A stretch of 64,000 bases of DNA from Nitrosopumilaceae archaeon (GTDB lineage: Archaea; Thermoproteota; Nitrososphaeria; Nitrososphaerales; Nitrosopumilaceae). Under the pieces are notes generated by a model. The model ran no database searches. It was not told where the DNA came from and was given only the letters and a program-made list of their open reading frames with translations. The translations under genes and the position numbers were made by a program. Of this stretch, positions 29,285-38,712 are shown in pieces. The stretch lies in contig OZ242274.1 in assembly GCA_965207375.1 (NCBI GenBank), positions 800,001-864,000 of the forward strand, given 5' to 3'. Every line of letters begins with the position of its first letter. Positions within the stretch are counted from its first letter, which is position 1.

Positions 29285-29907
29285 TATTCAGTATCCTCTT
29301 CTGTGATTTTTGTTTCAAAATCCTCGATTTCATATTTCATTGGCTCTTCTTGTTGTAGCTTTCCCTGCTCGATTAAAATCTCACGAGCCAGCAACCAATA
29401 TACTGTTGCAAGTGCCTTTCTTCCCCTGTTGTTTGCAGGAATTATTAGGTCTATCTTTGATGTGAGATTGTCCGTATTTGAAATTCCAATTACTGGAATT
29501 CCTGCATTTGTAGCTTCTACAATTGCCTGCTCATCAACTTGGGGATCCGAAATCAAAACTAATTTTGGTTCAATGTAATATGGCAGTGACGGATTCGTCA
29601 ATGTTCCGGGCATGAATCTGCCAAGTAGATATTTTGCATCTGTCATCTCTGAAAATTTCTCAATTGGCATGTTTGCATACTGTCTGCCCGAGCAAACAAT
29701 GATGTTTTCTATGCCTATTCTGTTTACAAATTTTGCAGCAGTTTTTATTCTGTCTAGTGTTATGTCCAAGTCAAGCATGTAAAGTCCTTCCGGACTTGCC
29801 TTTGTGATAAATGACTTCATGAATGTAGTTTTGACCGGAGTACCTACCCTGATTCCGGTAGTAAGTATCTTCTTTTTAATGTCTTGGCCTTCTGTCTGTT
29901 GACTCAT
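29284..29907 (-). CDS. rps2: 30S ribosomal protein S2
   Basis: GRFMPGTLTNP, PANNRGRKAL motifs. Confidence 0.95.
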   Translation of the reverse strand: MSQQTEGQDIKKKILTTGIRVGTPVKTTFMKSFITKASPEGLYMLDLDITLDRIKTAAKFVNRIGIENIIVCSGRQYANMPIEKFSEMTDAKYLLGRFMPGTLTNPSLPYYIEPKLVLISDPQVDEQAIVEATNAGIPVIGISNTDNLTSKIDLIIPANNRGRKALATVYWLLAREILIEQGKLQQEEPMKYEIEDFETKITEEDTE

Positions 29908-29913
29908 CGATTT

Positions 29914-31152
29914 TTAAATTTCTATCATACCGCATATTAAATCATGCTCTGCTAGTCTTAGCAATTCGTTGAGTTTTGCCACTCTTTCGCCCCCTACCAC
30001 ACCTACTTTGAGCATTTTTGATTTTGTGGCAATGCCTATGTGTGAGATCTGCGAGTCATTTGATTCGCCTGATCTATGCGATGTGACTAGTTTGACATTG
30101 TTTTGATTTGCAAGATCGGCAAATTCTAGCGCATCAAACAAACTGCCTGCCTGATTCACCTTTAAAATCGCAGCGTTGCATGATTTTTTATCTATTGCCT
30201 TTTGTAAAATGTCTTTGTTTGTAACTGTAAGGTCGTCTCCAGTTATCATTGTGTTTGGAAATTTGGTAGCAATTACACTCATATCATCAAAGGCCTCCTC
30301 ATGAACCGAATCTTCTGCATAGATTAGTTTGTATTTGTCAATTAGTTTCGATGCAAATTCAATCTGTTCCTCTGCAGTATTTTCAAAGCCTGCCCTGTCA
30401 TAAAGATATTTTTGTTTTTGTTCACTCCACTGCGTTGATGATGCAAAATCAACTCCCAATGAAACTTCTCTTCCCAATGTGTATCCAAGATTTTCAATTG
30501 CTTCTGCTGAGACATCTAATGCTGTTTCGTTGTCTAATTTTGGAGCCCATCCGCCCTCGTCTCCTCTACCGTTTGTAAATGTAGGATCCTTTTTTTGCAG
30601 AATTTTTCTCAATTCTGTGTGTACTTGTAGATTTGTCTCTATTGATTCTTGTATTGTTTTTGCACCATTTGAACAAACTAGTATCTCCTGTATGTCTGGA
30701 GTGCCGGGACCTGCATGGGCACCTCCGCCCAAAATATTGCCTAACGGATACGGAAATTTATAATTCTGATCTTTTGTCAGAGTCTTAAACAGTGGCTGTC
30801 CTAGTGCCTTTGATGCCGAATCCATTGCAGCAATGGTAACTGCAAATGCAAGTGCTCCCCCGCATATTGCGTAATTTTGCGTATCATCAAATGTTTTGAT
30901 TGTATCATGTATGGATTTTAGATCATCTGAATCTAGTCCGATAAATTTTTGTGCATTAGCATTTAAAATCTGCAGACTCTTTTGCGGCTCTGAGTTTGGG
31001 AAACCTATTGCCTCATATTTTCCAACACTTGCACCAGAGGGGGAACACACCCTTGCCAGAAATTTACCATCTGACTCCACATCGACCTCGATGGTCTTGC
31101 TGCCTCTGCTGTTAAATAATTCCCTGCCCTTAACTGATGTAATCTTTGGCAA
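29914..31152 (-). CDS. eno: Enolase
   Basis: NSRG..TIEV, PSGAS.G, GDEGGW, LKVNQAG, SHRSGE motifs. Confidence 0.93.
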   Translation of the reverse strand: MPKITSVKGRELFNSRGSKTIEVDVESDGKFLARVCSPSGASVGKYEAIGFPNSEPQKSLQILNANAQKFIGLDSDDLKSIHDTIKTFDDTQNYAICGGALAFAVTIAAMDSASKALGQPLFKTLTKDQNYKFPYPLGNILGGGAHAGPGTPDIQEILVCSNGAKTIQESIETNLQVHTELRKILQKKDPTFTNGRGDEGGWAPKLDNETALDVSAEAIENLGYTLGREVSLGVDFASSTQWSEQKQKYLYDRAGFENTAEEQIEFASKLIDKYKLIYAEDSVHEEAFDDMSVIATKFPNTMITGDDLTVTNKDILQKAIDKKSCNAAILKVNQAGSLFDALEFADLANQNNVKLVTSHRSGESNDSQISHIGIATKSKMLKVGVVGGERVAKLNELLRLAEHDLICGMIEI

Positions 31153-31155
31153 AAT

Positions 31156-31392
31156 TTATTCTAACTCAGATTGAACTTCCTGATGTCTTTTGTGTATTGC
31201 CTCATAAAACGGAATAATCTGCTGTATGGTCTCCATAGATGTCAATAACATACGTCTACAACAATATCTTTTAATTCCAACTGCATCAAGTACTTTGTCT
31301 GGATCTTCACCTGACTTGACCCTATTCTGATAATCCTCGTGCTTGTCTGATATCAAATTTCCACATGTAAAACATCTCACAGGTATTAACAT
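31156..31392 (-). CDS. rpoN: RNA polymerase subunit N (Rpo10)
   Basis: MLIPVRCFTCG...RYCCRRMLL. Confidence 0.95.
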   Translation of the reverse strand: MLIPVRCFTCGNLISDKHEDYQNRVKSGEDPDKVLDAVGIKRYCCRRMLLTSMETIQQIIPFYEAIHKRHQEVQSELE

Positions 31393-31443
31393 ATTGCCAA
31401 AAAGCAATCAAGGATTATAAAAACCATGCAAGAAATTTCTATT

Positions 31444-31528
31444 GCGGGTGTCGCCCAGCCTGGCCAAAGGCGCTAGCTTGAGGGGCTAGTCTCTTAGGAG
31501 TTCGTGGGTTCAAATCCCATCGCCCGCA
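31444..31528 (+). tRNA. tRNA-Leu(GAG)
   Basis: GCGGGTG...CTAGC TT GAG GG GCTAG, long variable arm, GGTTCAAATCC...CGCCCGCA followed by a T-tract. Confidence 0.96.
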
Positions 31529-31538
31529 TTTTTTGGAA

Positions 31539-32153
31539 TTATTTTGTTATTTTTTTGATTGTATCAATTAATGCCTTTCTTCTAATCTCTTCGGTAATTA
31601 CCATTCTGACATCTTCTACAAGTATTCTGTTGACATCTAACTTTCTCCGTGTTTCCTTTATGACTTTGTCCAAGCTTGCAAAAGGATACAGCAATGAAAA
31701 CAGCTCTTCCATAATATCAAAGACATCTAGTGCCTCTTTGAGATTATCCTTGCGAATATTATCTAATACAAACCGTTTTAGCTCTCCTATGCAATCTAAC
31801 AGTCCCAAAACGTAGCTTTCCGGAGATACATTTAGTGTATCTATTGAGGGAATCTGCTTTTTTTCAGCAATTGCAATTAATGCACTTGCCTCAACAAATT
31901 CCTGCTCTGGAATAATCAGATGTCTTTTTAGATCACCTTTTGATTTTTTTCTATATTCGTTGAGCAGCTTGTCTGCCATTTGCAGGTTAGATTTTGCATT
32001 TTTCATATTTTCGCTATGAACTGCAATTATACTTTTACTACATGCTATCACTATTTCTCTGGTATTTTTAATCAAAAATTCCCGGGCATCTTGTGTTTTG
32101 GCAAGGGATTTTGATATTTTATCTAGCGACGTTTTTACATTTTTTATCGTCAT
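31539..32153 (-). CDS. Translin/TRAX family RNA-binding protein
   Basis: QEFVEA and YVLGLLDCIGELKR motifs. Confidence 0.85.
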   Translation of the reverse strand: MTIKNVKTSLDKISKSLAKTQDAREFLIKNTREIVIACSKSIIAVHSENMKNAKSNLQMADKLLNEYRKKSKGDLKRHLIIPEQEFVEASALIAIAEKKQIPSIDTLNVSPESYVLGLLDCIGELKRFVLDNIRKDNLKEALDVFDIMEELFSLLYPFASLDKVIKETRRKLDVNRILVEDVRMVITEEIRRKALIDTIKKITK

Positions 32154-32232
32154 GATAACTCTTACCTTGAATCTAGGTTAAAGCCGTTTGCCATCCCAAA
32201 GCTCTTATTTTAGATATTACTCTCTCCAAACT

Positions 32233-32880
32233 ATGGAGATTACAGTCGATCAAATGTATCAAATTGAAAACAGAGGTCATGAAATGGGATTTTTAAAAAA
32301 ATTCATGATGGAAAATGCTGGTGCCTCAGCAGTTAGAAGATTATTGCAAAAGATGGGTGATGCTTCAGGAAAGCAAATTTTAATTTTTGCAGGAACCGGC
32401 AATAACGGAGGAGACGGCCTAGTAATGGCTCGACATCTTGCAGGATATGGAGCATGTGTAACTGTGAAATTATTGGGCACCGTTGATAAAATCAAAACCA
32501 AAGAAAGCAACTGGAATTGGTCCATATTAAAAAAGATGCCTTCTGTTACATTGCTTACAGACAATGAGTTTGAATTTGATTTTACTCCTGATGTAATTGT
32601 TGATGCAATGCTTGGAACCGGAATATCTGGCAATGTGCGCGGATTATACGCATCTGCAATCAAATATCTCAATGATGCTGACTGTTTGAAATTTGCAGTC
32701 GATGTTCCCTCTGGATTGGATCCTCAAACAGGCAAGACTGCCAATATGGCTGCAAAATGTGATTTGACTGTTACCTTTCATAAAATGAAACAAGGAATTC
32801 CAAAAAGAAGAGATCTCACAGGAGATCTATACACAGAAAAAATCGGTATACCCGTAGAGGCTGAGGAGGGAATTCTTTGA
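32233..32880 (+). CDS. nnrE: NAD(P)H-hydrate epimerase (YjeF N-terminal domain)
   Basis: MENAG, GNNGGDG, VDAMLGTG, AVDVPSG motifs. Confidence 0.9.
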   Translation: MEITVDQMYQIENRGHEMGFLKKFMMENAGASAVRRLLQKMGDASGKQILIFAGTGNNGGDGLVMARHLAGYGACVTVKLLGTVDKIKTKESNWNWSILKKMPSVTLLTDNEFEFDFTPDVIVDAMLGTGISGNVRGLYASAIKYLNDADCLKFAVDVPSGLDPQTGKTANMAAKCDLTVTFHKMKQGIPKRRDLTGDLYTEKIGIPVEAEEGIL

Positions 32881-33485
32881 AGGTATATCAAATACCTGTA
32901 GGTGACATGCAAAATTTTACCTATGTTGTAGAAGACGAGCAAACCTCAGAATCTCTAGTGATAGATCCTTCCTGGGATTTGGAAAAAATCGAACAAGTCG
33001 TGGTTAGAAACAATCTAGATGTAAAGTATATTGTAAACACCCATCATCACTTTGATCATACTATAGGCAACGAGGCCCTCTCAAAATCTTTAGGACTCAA
33101 AATAATACAACACGAAAAATCTGAACTTACACATGATATTTCAGTTGCCAACGGTGACAAGATTGAATTTGGCAAATCCACGCTTGTAGTTTATCATACT
33201 CCAGGACATTCTAAAGACAGCATGTGCTTGTTAGGTGATGGAAAACTGTTTTCTGGTGATACACTATTTGTGGGAAACTGTGGCCGCGTTGATCTTCCAG
33301 GTGGCAGTGCAAGAGAACTGTACTACAGTCTTTTTGATGTCGTGTACAATCTAGATGACGCTCTGCAGATCTTTCCAGGTCATGATTATGGCTCTACTCC
33401 GACATCTACTATAGCAAAGGAAAAACAAACCAATTTTGTATTACAAAAACGCAGTGAAGATGACTTTGTTCAAATGATGAGATAA
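32877..33485 (+). CDS. MBL-fold hydrolase (glyoxalase II-like)
   Basis: THHHFDH, TPGHS, SGDTLF, PGHDY motifs. Confidence 0.88.
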   Translation: MKVYQIPVGDMQNFTYVVEDEQTSESLVIDPSWDLEKIEQVVVRNNLDVKYIVNTHHHFDHTIGNEALSKSLGLKIIQHEKSELTHDISVANGDKIEFGKSTLVVYHTPGHSKDSMCLLGDGKLFSGDTLFVGNCGRVDLPGGSARELYYSLFDVVYNLDDALQIFPGHDYGSTPTSTIAKEKQTNFVLQKRSEDDFVQMMR

Positions 33486-34546
33486 TGACAGCTGATATAG
33501 AAATTTATCTCAATGTAGCACAAGGCAGGCAATTCCTTGACTCTGTTCGAAAAAAAAGATTCTCTTTTGCACTTGTGATATCTCATACTGAGACAAGCCA
33601 AATCCCAGGTATTACATCTGCAGGAGCAGATCCGGACATGATGAAATTTACGCCTGCAGCAGATGCAGAATTTTTACACTATGGCAGCTGTCTGTGCATT
33701 GATACGATTCCACTTACTCCGGATGGAATTCCAACTCCTGCATTGCTTACCAAGGTGGCCCTAGAGTCTGCAAGCATTCCACATGTCATAATTAACGCAG
33801 GCTGCAAAATTCCACCAAAGATTCCATATATTGCCACCGACCTGCCATTTGGGAAAAACATTGCCAACGAGGATGCCCTAAGCCACCAAGACGTCATACA
33901 TGCAGTTGATTTTGGAAGAATCGTAGGAAGGACGCTTGCCTCTTTGACTGATTGTCTGATAATTGGCGAAAGTCTTCCCGGTGGGACCACTACGGCGCTT
34001 GCCACTCTGAGGGGTCTTGGCTATGATGCTCGAGTCAGCTCTAGCTCCTCAAAAAACCCCACAGATCTCAAAAATTCTATTGTCAAACAAGCATCATCGC
34101 GTCTTGTTGACAAGGAACCATTTTCAATTGTTGCCAACATGGGTGATCCGATGATTCCATTTATTGCCGCAATGATAAGTACTGCATCCCAAATTTCCAA
34201 GGTATTGCTGGCAGGAGGAACCCAGATGGCAGCAGTGCTTGCATTTGCAAAAACATTGGGATATCATAAAAGATCGGTGGCAGTTGGAACCACCTCGTAT
34301 GTAATAGATGACAAGTCTGCCAATTTTCTTGAATTAATAAAACAAATTGACGATGTTGCAGTCTTTGGCGTAAACCCCAAACTGTCAGAATCCAAAATCT
34401 CCGGACTGCGGGCGTTTTCTGAAGGTGCAGTCAAAGAGGGTGCAGGCGCAGGTGGCTGCATCATATCTGCAATGTTAAGAGCAGAACTAGGCACAAGTCA
34501 GCTGCGTGCAAACCTTGAAAGCGAGTACAAACGAATCTTTACTTGA
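33485..34546 (+). CDS. cobT: Archaeal nicotinate-nucleotide--dimethylbenzimidazole phosphoribosyltransferase
   Basis: PGITSAG, GESLPGGTTTA, GDPM, LAGGTQM, VKEGAGAGG motifs. Confidence 0.88.
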   Translation: MTADIEIYLNVAQGRQFLDSVRKKRFSFALVISHTETSQIPGITSAGADPDMMKFTPAADAEFLHYGSCLCIDTIPLTPDGIPTPALLTKVALESASIPHVIINAGCKIPPKIPYIATDLPFGKNIANEDALSHQDVIHAVDFGRIVGRTLASLTDCLIIGESLPGGTTTALATLRGLGYDARVSSSSSKNPTDLKNSIVKQASSRLVDKEPFSIVANMGDPMIPFIAAMISTASQISKVLLAGGTQMAAVLAFAKTLGYHKRSVAVGTTSYVIDDKSANFLELIKQIDDVAVFGVNPKLSESKISGLRAFSEGAVKEGAGAGGCIISAMLRAELGTSQLRANLESEYKRIFT

Positions 34547-36296
34547 CAGTTACTGATTTTGCAAGATTTCTCGGATAGTCTGGATCCGTATCCTTTTCTA
34601 GTGCTGCATAATATGCAAGAAGCTGAATTGGAATTACCTCTATTAGGGGATACATTGACTCTGTAATTTCTGGCACTTTTATCCAATAGTCATAAACGTC
34701 GCTTTGTTTATCTGAAATCCCGATAATTTTTGCCCCCCTTGCCTTGATTTGGCGGGCACTAGTCAGGGTGTCTTGATAAGTAGAATCATTTGGATTAAGA
34801 ATTATAACAAACACGCTTTCATCCATCAATGCTAATGGTCCATGCTTTAGCTCCCCACCTGGTATTCCTTCTGCATGTATGTATGTTAATTCCTTTAGTT
34901 TTAATGCTGATTCTGTAGCAATCGGATAATGAATACCTCTTCCCAAAACATAAATGTCAGAAATCTCTTTTAGCTCCTTTACCAATTTTTTAATTGCAGC
35001 ATGCTCCTCTAAAATCTCTGAAATACAGTCTGAGGCTTTGGCAAAGTCTAGCTTCATTATTCCCCCTGATAACCTGTCTGCAATTTTGTAAATTATGGAT
35101 AATTGTGAGGTAAAGCTTTTTGTGGCAGCCACGCCGATTTCTGGGCCGCAGCTCATTCCTATTTTTATTGATGACTCGTGTGCAAGCGATGATGTAGTCA
35201 GGTTGATTATGGAAATTATTTTTGCATTTTGCTGCTTTGCAATTTTTACTGCTTCTAAAACATCTGCACTTTCCCCACTTTGAGACACTGCAATCAAAAT
35301 GGAATTTGATTCGATAGTTTCTGGAAAATGAGGCAATTCGCTTGATATTACGGGCTCGATTTTGATCTTGGCGTATTTGGAAATTATATATTTTGCTATC
35401 AGTGCTGCATTGTAGCTTGTACCGCTTCCTGTAATGTAGACATTTTTTGCATGACGGATATAGTCAACGGTTTTATCAATTGAATCTAAATCTTTCTCAC
35501 CTGCACTTAGAATCGTTTGTGGCTGCTCTGAAATCTCCTTTATTGTATAGTGTGCATAGTCGCCCTTGTATGCATCTGCAAATTCCTTTGATACCTTTGT
35601 AATTGGAAACTTTGTTTTTTCTCCGTTAAAATCAAAGATTTGCAAATTCCCGTCAATTATGACAAAATTTCCGTTTTCAATGTATATTACATCGTCTGTT
35701 CTTTCAATGAATCCCAAGACATCGCTTGATAAAAAGTAATTATCATTTTCAATTCCTACTATTAGTGGTTCATGGAATCTTGCAGCAGCAAGTACCCCAC
35801 TTTCAAACATGACTACAAATGAATAGTGACCCTTAAGCTCTGAAAGAGTTGCAATTAACGCCTCCTTTTCATTATGATTTTTTTCATAGTTGTATTGGAT
35901 TAAATTTGAAATTATCTCTGTGTCTGTTTGACTTTGAAATGTATATCCTAAATCTTGCAACTTTTTTTTAAGCTCCTCAAAGTTTTCAATAATCCCATTG
36001 TGCACTATTGCAATTTTTCCAGAGTTGCTTTGGTGCGGATGTGCATTTGTCTGCGTTACCTTTCCATGTGTTGCCCATCTGGTGTGACCGATTCCTATTT
36101 TTCCATCCATCTGATCTAATCTTGCTGATGAATTTACCTCCTCCACCTTTCCGATCCCCTTTCTTAGTGAAATTTCTGAATCTTTTGCAGTTGCAACTCC
36201 TACGCTGTCATAGCCCCTGTACTCCATCCTCCTGAGGCCCTTGACCAAAATGGGAGCCGCATCCTCCTTACCATAAAATCCAATAATTGAGCACAT
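34539..36296 (-). CDS. glmS: Glutamine--fructose-6-phosphate transaminase
   Basis: N-terminal Cys, EYRGYDS, GHTRWATHG, SQSGES, PRNLAKSVTV. Confidence 0.96.
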   Translation of the reverse strand: MCSIIGFYGKEDAAPILVKGLRRMEYRGYDSVGVATAKDSEISLRKGIGKVEEVNSSARLDQMDGKIGIGHTRWATHGKVTQTNAHPHQSNSGKIAIVHNGIIENFEELKKKLQDLGYTFQSQTDTEIISNLIQYNYEKNHNEKEALIATLSELKGHYSFVVMFESGVLAAARFHEPLIVGIENDNYFLSSDVLGFIERTDDVIYIENGNFVIIDGNLQIFDFNGEKTKFPITKVSKEFADAYKGDYAHYTIKEISEQPQTILSAGEKDLDSIDKTVDYIRHAKNVYITGSGTSYNAALIAKYIISKYAKIKIEPVISSELPHFPETIESNSILIAVSQSGESADVLEAVKIAKQQNAKIISIINLTTSSLAHESSIKIGMSCGPEIGVAATKSFTSQLSIIYKIADRLSGGIMKLDFAKASDCISEILEEHAAIKKLVKELKEISDIYVLGRGIHYPIATESALKLKELTYIHAEGIPGGELKHGPLALMDESVFVIILNPNDSTYQDTLTSARQIKARGAKIIGISDKQSDVYDYWIKVPEITESMYPLIEVIPIQLLAYYAALEKDTDPDYPRNLAKSVTVK

Positions 36297-36333
36297 GTTG
36301 ATTTGTATTTTGTCTGAATATTTAGAGATAATC

Positions 36334-36894
36334 TTATTTCTCCTGCTTTTGAGTTAAAACCTCAACTTTTTCCTCAGGTTTAGACTCTTTTTGGTCCTGT
36401 TCCAAAATTGCCTGTAGGTTGGAATCAGGTTTTAGTGAAACGTCTTGTTCCTCTTGCAACGCAACTACATATGATGGAATGTCTACAATCCTGTCTTTGA
36501 TCATGATGTGGCCGTGAACAACTGCCTGTCTTGCCTGATACGGCGATTTGAATCCGAACTTTTTCATGACAATTGTTTGCAGTCTTCTTGCCAGCAAATC
36601 TGTAACCTGGAGACTGAGAACATCATCTAATGTTGATTCAGTACTTACTAGGCCAATTCTTGAAAGTGATCTCATCAAAATGGGTTCTTTTTCTTTTCTT
36701 ACGTCCTGACCTAATGCAAGCAATGATCTTGCTTGGTGTCTCACTCTGGAGAGTTCGGTGTGTGCCTTCCACAATTCCTTTTTTGTTTTTAATCCAAATG
36801 TGCCCAATGTTTTTAATTCTTCCATCTTCAAATCATAATTTAGTGGACGCTTTGGTTTTTTCCAAATTTTGCGTGGATATTTAGGATCTCCCAT
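36334..36894 (-). CDS. rps4: 30S ribosomal protein S4
   Basis: MGDPK, RRLQT, QARQAVVHGHI motifs. Confidence 0.95.
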   Translation of the reverse strand: MGDPKYPRKIWKKPKRPLNYDLKMEELKTLGTFGLKTKKELWKAHTELSRVRHQARSLLALGQDVRKEKEPILMRSLSRIGLVSTESTLDDVLSLQVTDLLARRLQTIVMKKFGFKSPYQARQAVVHGHIMIKDRIVDIPSYVVALQEEQDVSLKPDSNLQAILEQDQKESKPEEKVEVLTQKQEK

Positions 36895-36903
36895 GTATAT
36901 CGC

Positions 36904-37455
36904 CTATTCTTTTTTCTCTACAGGAGCAGGTGTTTCTGCTGCTGGTGTGGTTCCAGCAGTTGGTGCTGCAGGCGTTGCAGGACCGCTACTCTTTTGTGGC
37001 ATGACCTTTCCGCCTTTGGCTACTCCTACTGCCCCGCCTTTGCGTCCGGTACATCTGGTTCTTTGCCCTCTGACCTTTAATCCAAACATGTGTCTGTATC
37101 CCCTCCAACTACTTGTGATTCTTTCTCTCTCAATATCGTTTCTAAGTGTAAATGCAATGTCTGATGTTATCAGATGCATGTCTTTTCCGGTCTCGATATC
37201 TTTTTGTCGGTTCAAAAACCATGAAGGAAAGTTTGCCGCCTTTGGATCGGTGATAATTTTTTCAATTGCCTGGACATTTTCATCTGTAAGGTCTCCTATG
37301 TTGGAATTTGGGTTAATTTTTAATGATTCTAAAATTGCATTGGCAAACATTTGACCGATCCCCCTGATTTGGGTCAATCCTAGCAGAATTTTTCTCTCTC
37401 CTAGAATATCGTTTCCAACTATTCTTACAATGTGCCTATATTCTTGTGTACTCAA
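36904..37455 (-). CDS. rps13: 30S ribosomal protein S13
   Basis: [26 protein letters not shown]; TTG start at 37455. Confidence 0.95.
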   Translation of the reverse strand: MSTQEYRHIVRIVGNDILGERKILLGLTQIRGIGQMFANAILESLKINPNSNIGDLTDENVQAIEKIITDPKAANFPSWFLNRQKDIETGKDMHLITSDIAFTLRNDIERERITSSWRGYRHMFGLKVRGQRTRCTGRKGGAVGVAKGGKVMPQKSSGPATPAAPTAGTTPAAETPAPVEKKE

Positions 37456-37650
37456 GTATGGGTGATTCTTGATTACCCCGATAAAAACCATGCTAGGCAC
37501 GTATCTGTAAGAGGCTAGGATATATCACGTCTACGCATTCAATTCTAGGTACGATATATACAAAGAGGTAACGTTGAACTTGGCCTATTTTTGTTTGTAT
37601 TTTGATGTAAATTTTGATCTTATTATGGTACATTTCGTTTAGTTGTAGCG

Positions 37651-37692
37651 TAAAAGGCTAGGGTTCGGCGTGACAGGTTTGCGTGAGTCGTG
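37651..37692 (+). repeat. Dispersed 42-bp repeat (copy at 51173-51213)
   Basis: TAAAAGGCTAGGGTTCGGCGTGACAGGTTTGCGTGAGTCGTG vs TAAGAGGCTAGATTCGGCGTGACGAGTTTACGTAAACCGTG. Confidence 0.65.
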
Positions 37693-37699
37693 TCTTATC

Positions 37700-37730
37700 T
37701 AGTCCCAAAAGTAATTCATCCTCCTCCGGT
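37700..37730 (+). mobile_element. Isolated IS end (same as 992-1022)
   Basis: 28/31 identity with the segment preceding the IS481-like transposase fragment. Confidence 0.55.
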
Positions 37731-37776
37731 ATGGGCTTTGTAAAGATTTTAAATCTGCCAAATTCTTGCTTTTTTC

Positions 37777-38088
37777 ATGGATGGCCCTATAGATCGCCAA
37801 AAGGCAGTAGATATCCTCTTTGATATGAAAAATTCTGAGATTATTGCAGAGCTAGAAGACGGCAAAAAAGACATCTCTTATCTGTCTTCAAAGTCAGGCC
37901 TTTCTGAGAATGAAATATTGCACAATTTATCCTATCTGATAGATACCAAAATTATTCCAAAGTCTGTCTGTGATGGTGTTATTTTCTTATCTGCTGATAG
38001 TGATAAACTGTCTGAGCTTGTAGAATCTGACGGGAATTTTGACGCTGCAATGGACGGTTTAACTAAAATGGACAGCTATCTAAACTAG
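37777..38088 (+). CDS. Hypothetical protein, possible winged-HTH
   Basis: IIAEL..G.K.ISYLS...GLSENEILHNLSYL pattern. Confidence 0.65.
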   Translation: MDGPIDRQKAVDILFDMKNSEIIAELEDGKKDISYLSSKSGLSENEILHNLSYLIDTKIIPKSVCDGVIFLSADSDKLSELVESDGNFDAAMDGLTKMDSYLN

Positions 38089-38090
38089 CT

Positions 38091-38579
38091 TTATTTTCTT
38101 TTTACTATAGCATAAACTATTACAATTACAATACTGACTAGTCCAACTATTAAAACATAAATTGATACAAATGCTATGCTTCTTTTCAATGCATCTGGTT
38201 CTGGTCCTATATATCCGGCTACAAATGCATCCTCCTCATCTGAATTTGTAATGACTAGTGTGTAGTTTCCTGCCGTATTGACATCAAAGTATCCTTCAAA
38301 TGTTTCTTGATTTGCCATTTGCTGAACTATTTGATTTTCAAACGGATCTATCACTGTGACAAAAATTGAATCCTCTTTTAATTGTAATACATCAACTGCA
38401 AAGATTCCCTGCTCTGATACTTTCATTGCAGTGCTGACTCTGATCTCTTCTCCTGATACAATGATGCCTTCATCTTTGACAAAGTCTTCAAAGATTACCT
38501 GGTTTCCCCACACCGAAAGTGCTAGACCCCCGATAATTAATCCCCCTGCAAGCAAGAACAAGACAGATGATTTTTGCAT
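38091..38579 (-). CDS. Hypothetical membrane protein (N- and C-terminal TM, beta-rich middle)
   Basis: Hydropathy pattern; AGNYTLVITN strand. Confidence 0.75.
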   Translation of the reverse strand: MQKSSVLFLLAGGLIIGGLALSVWGNQVIFEDFVKDEGIIVSGEEIRVSTAMKVSEQGIFAVDVLQLKEDSIFVTVIDPFENQIVQQMANQETFEGYFDVNTAGNYTLVITNSDEEDAFVAGYIGPEPDALKRSIAFVSIYVLIVGLVSIVIVIVYAIVKRK

Positions 38580-38630
38580 GTTTTTGTCTTTTAGGTTACA
38601 TCTAAAAACTGTACGTATTTCTTTACTGAT

Positions 38631-38682
38631 TTAGCTGTACCTAAGAAATTTAGTCCTGTCTAAGAAATTTAGCCTAGGCTAA
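38631..38682 (+). promoter_or_regulatory. Three tandem TTAG-N6-CTAA palindromes (DtxR/MntR-like operators)
   Basis: 38631-44, 38650-63 and 38669-82, 19-bp period, directly before the TTTTAATA box of the MCO-ZIP operon. Confidence 0.7.
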
Positions 38683-38712
38683 CTTTTAATATGTCAATGA
38701 TTTGTTTCTCTC

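Noticed and set aside
31504-31815. 103-aa ORF
   Set aside because: Starts inside tRNA-Leu and is antisense to the translin gene
38631-38682. Mini CRISPR array
   Set aside because: 19-bp period with 6-nt variable cores is far too short; no cas genes; fits operator palindromes
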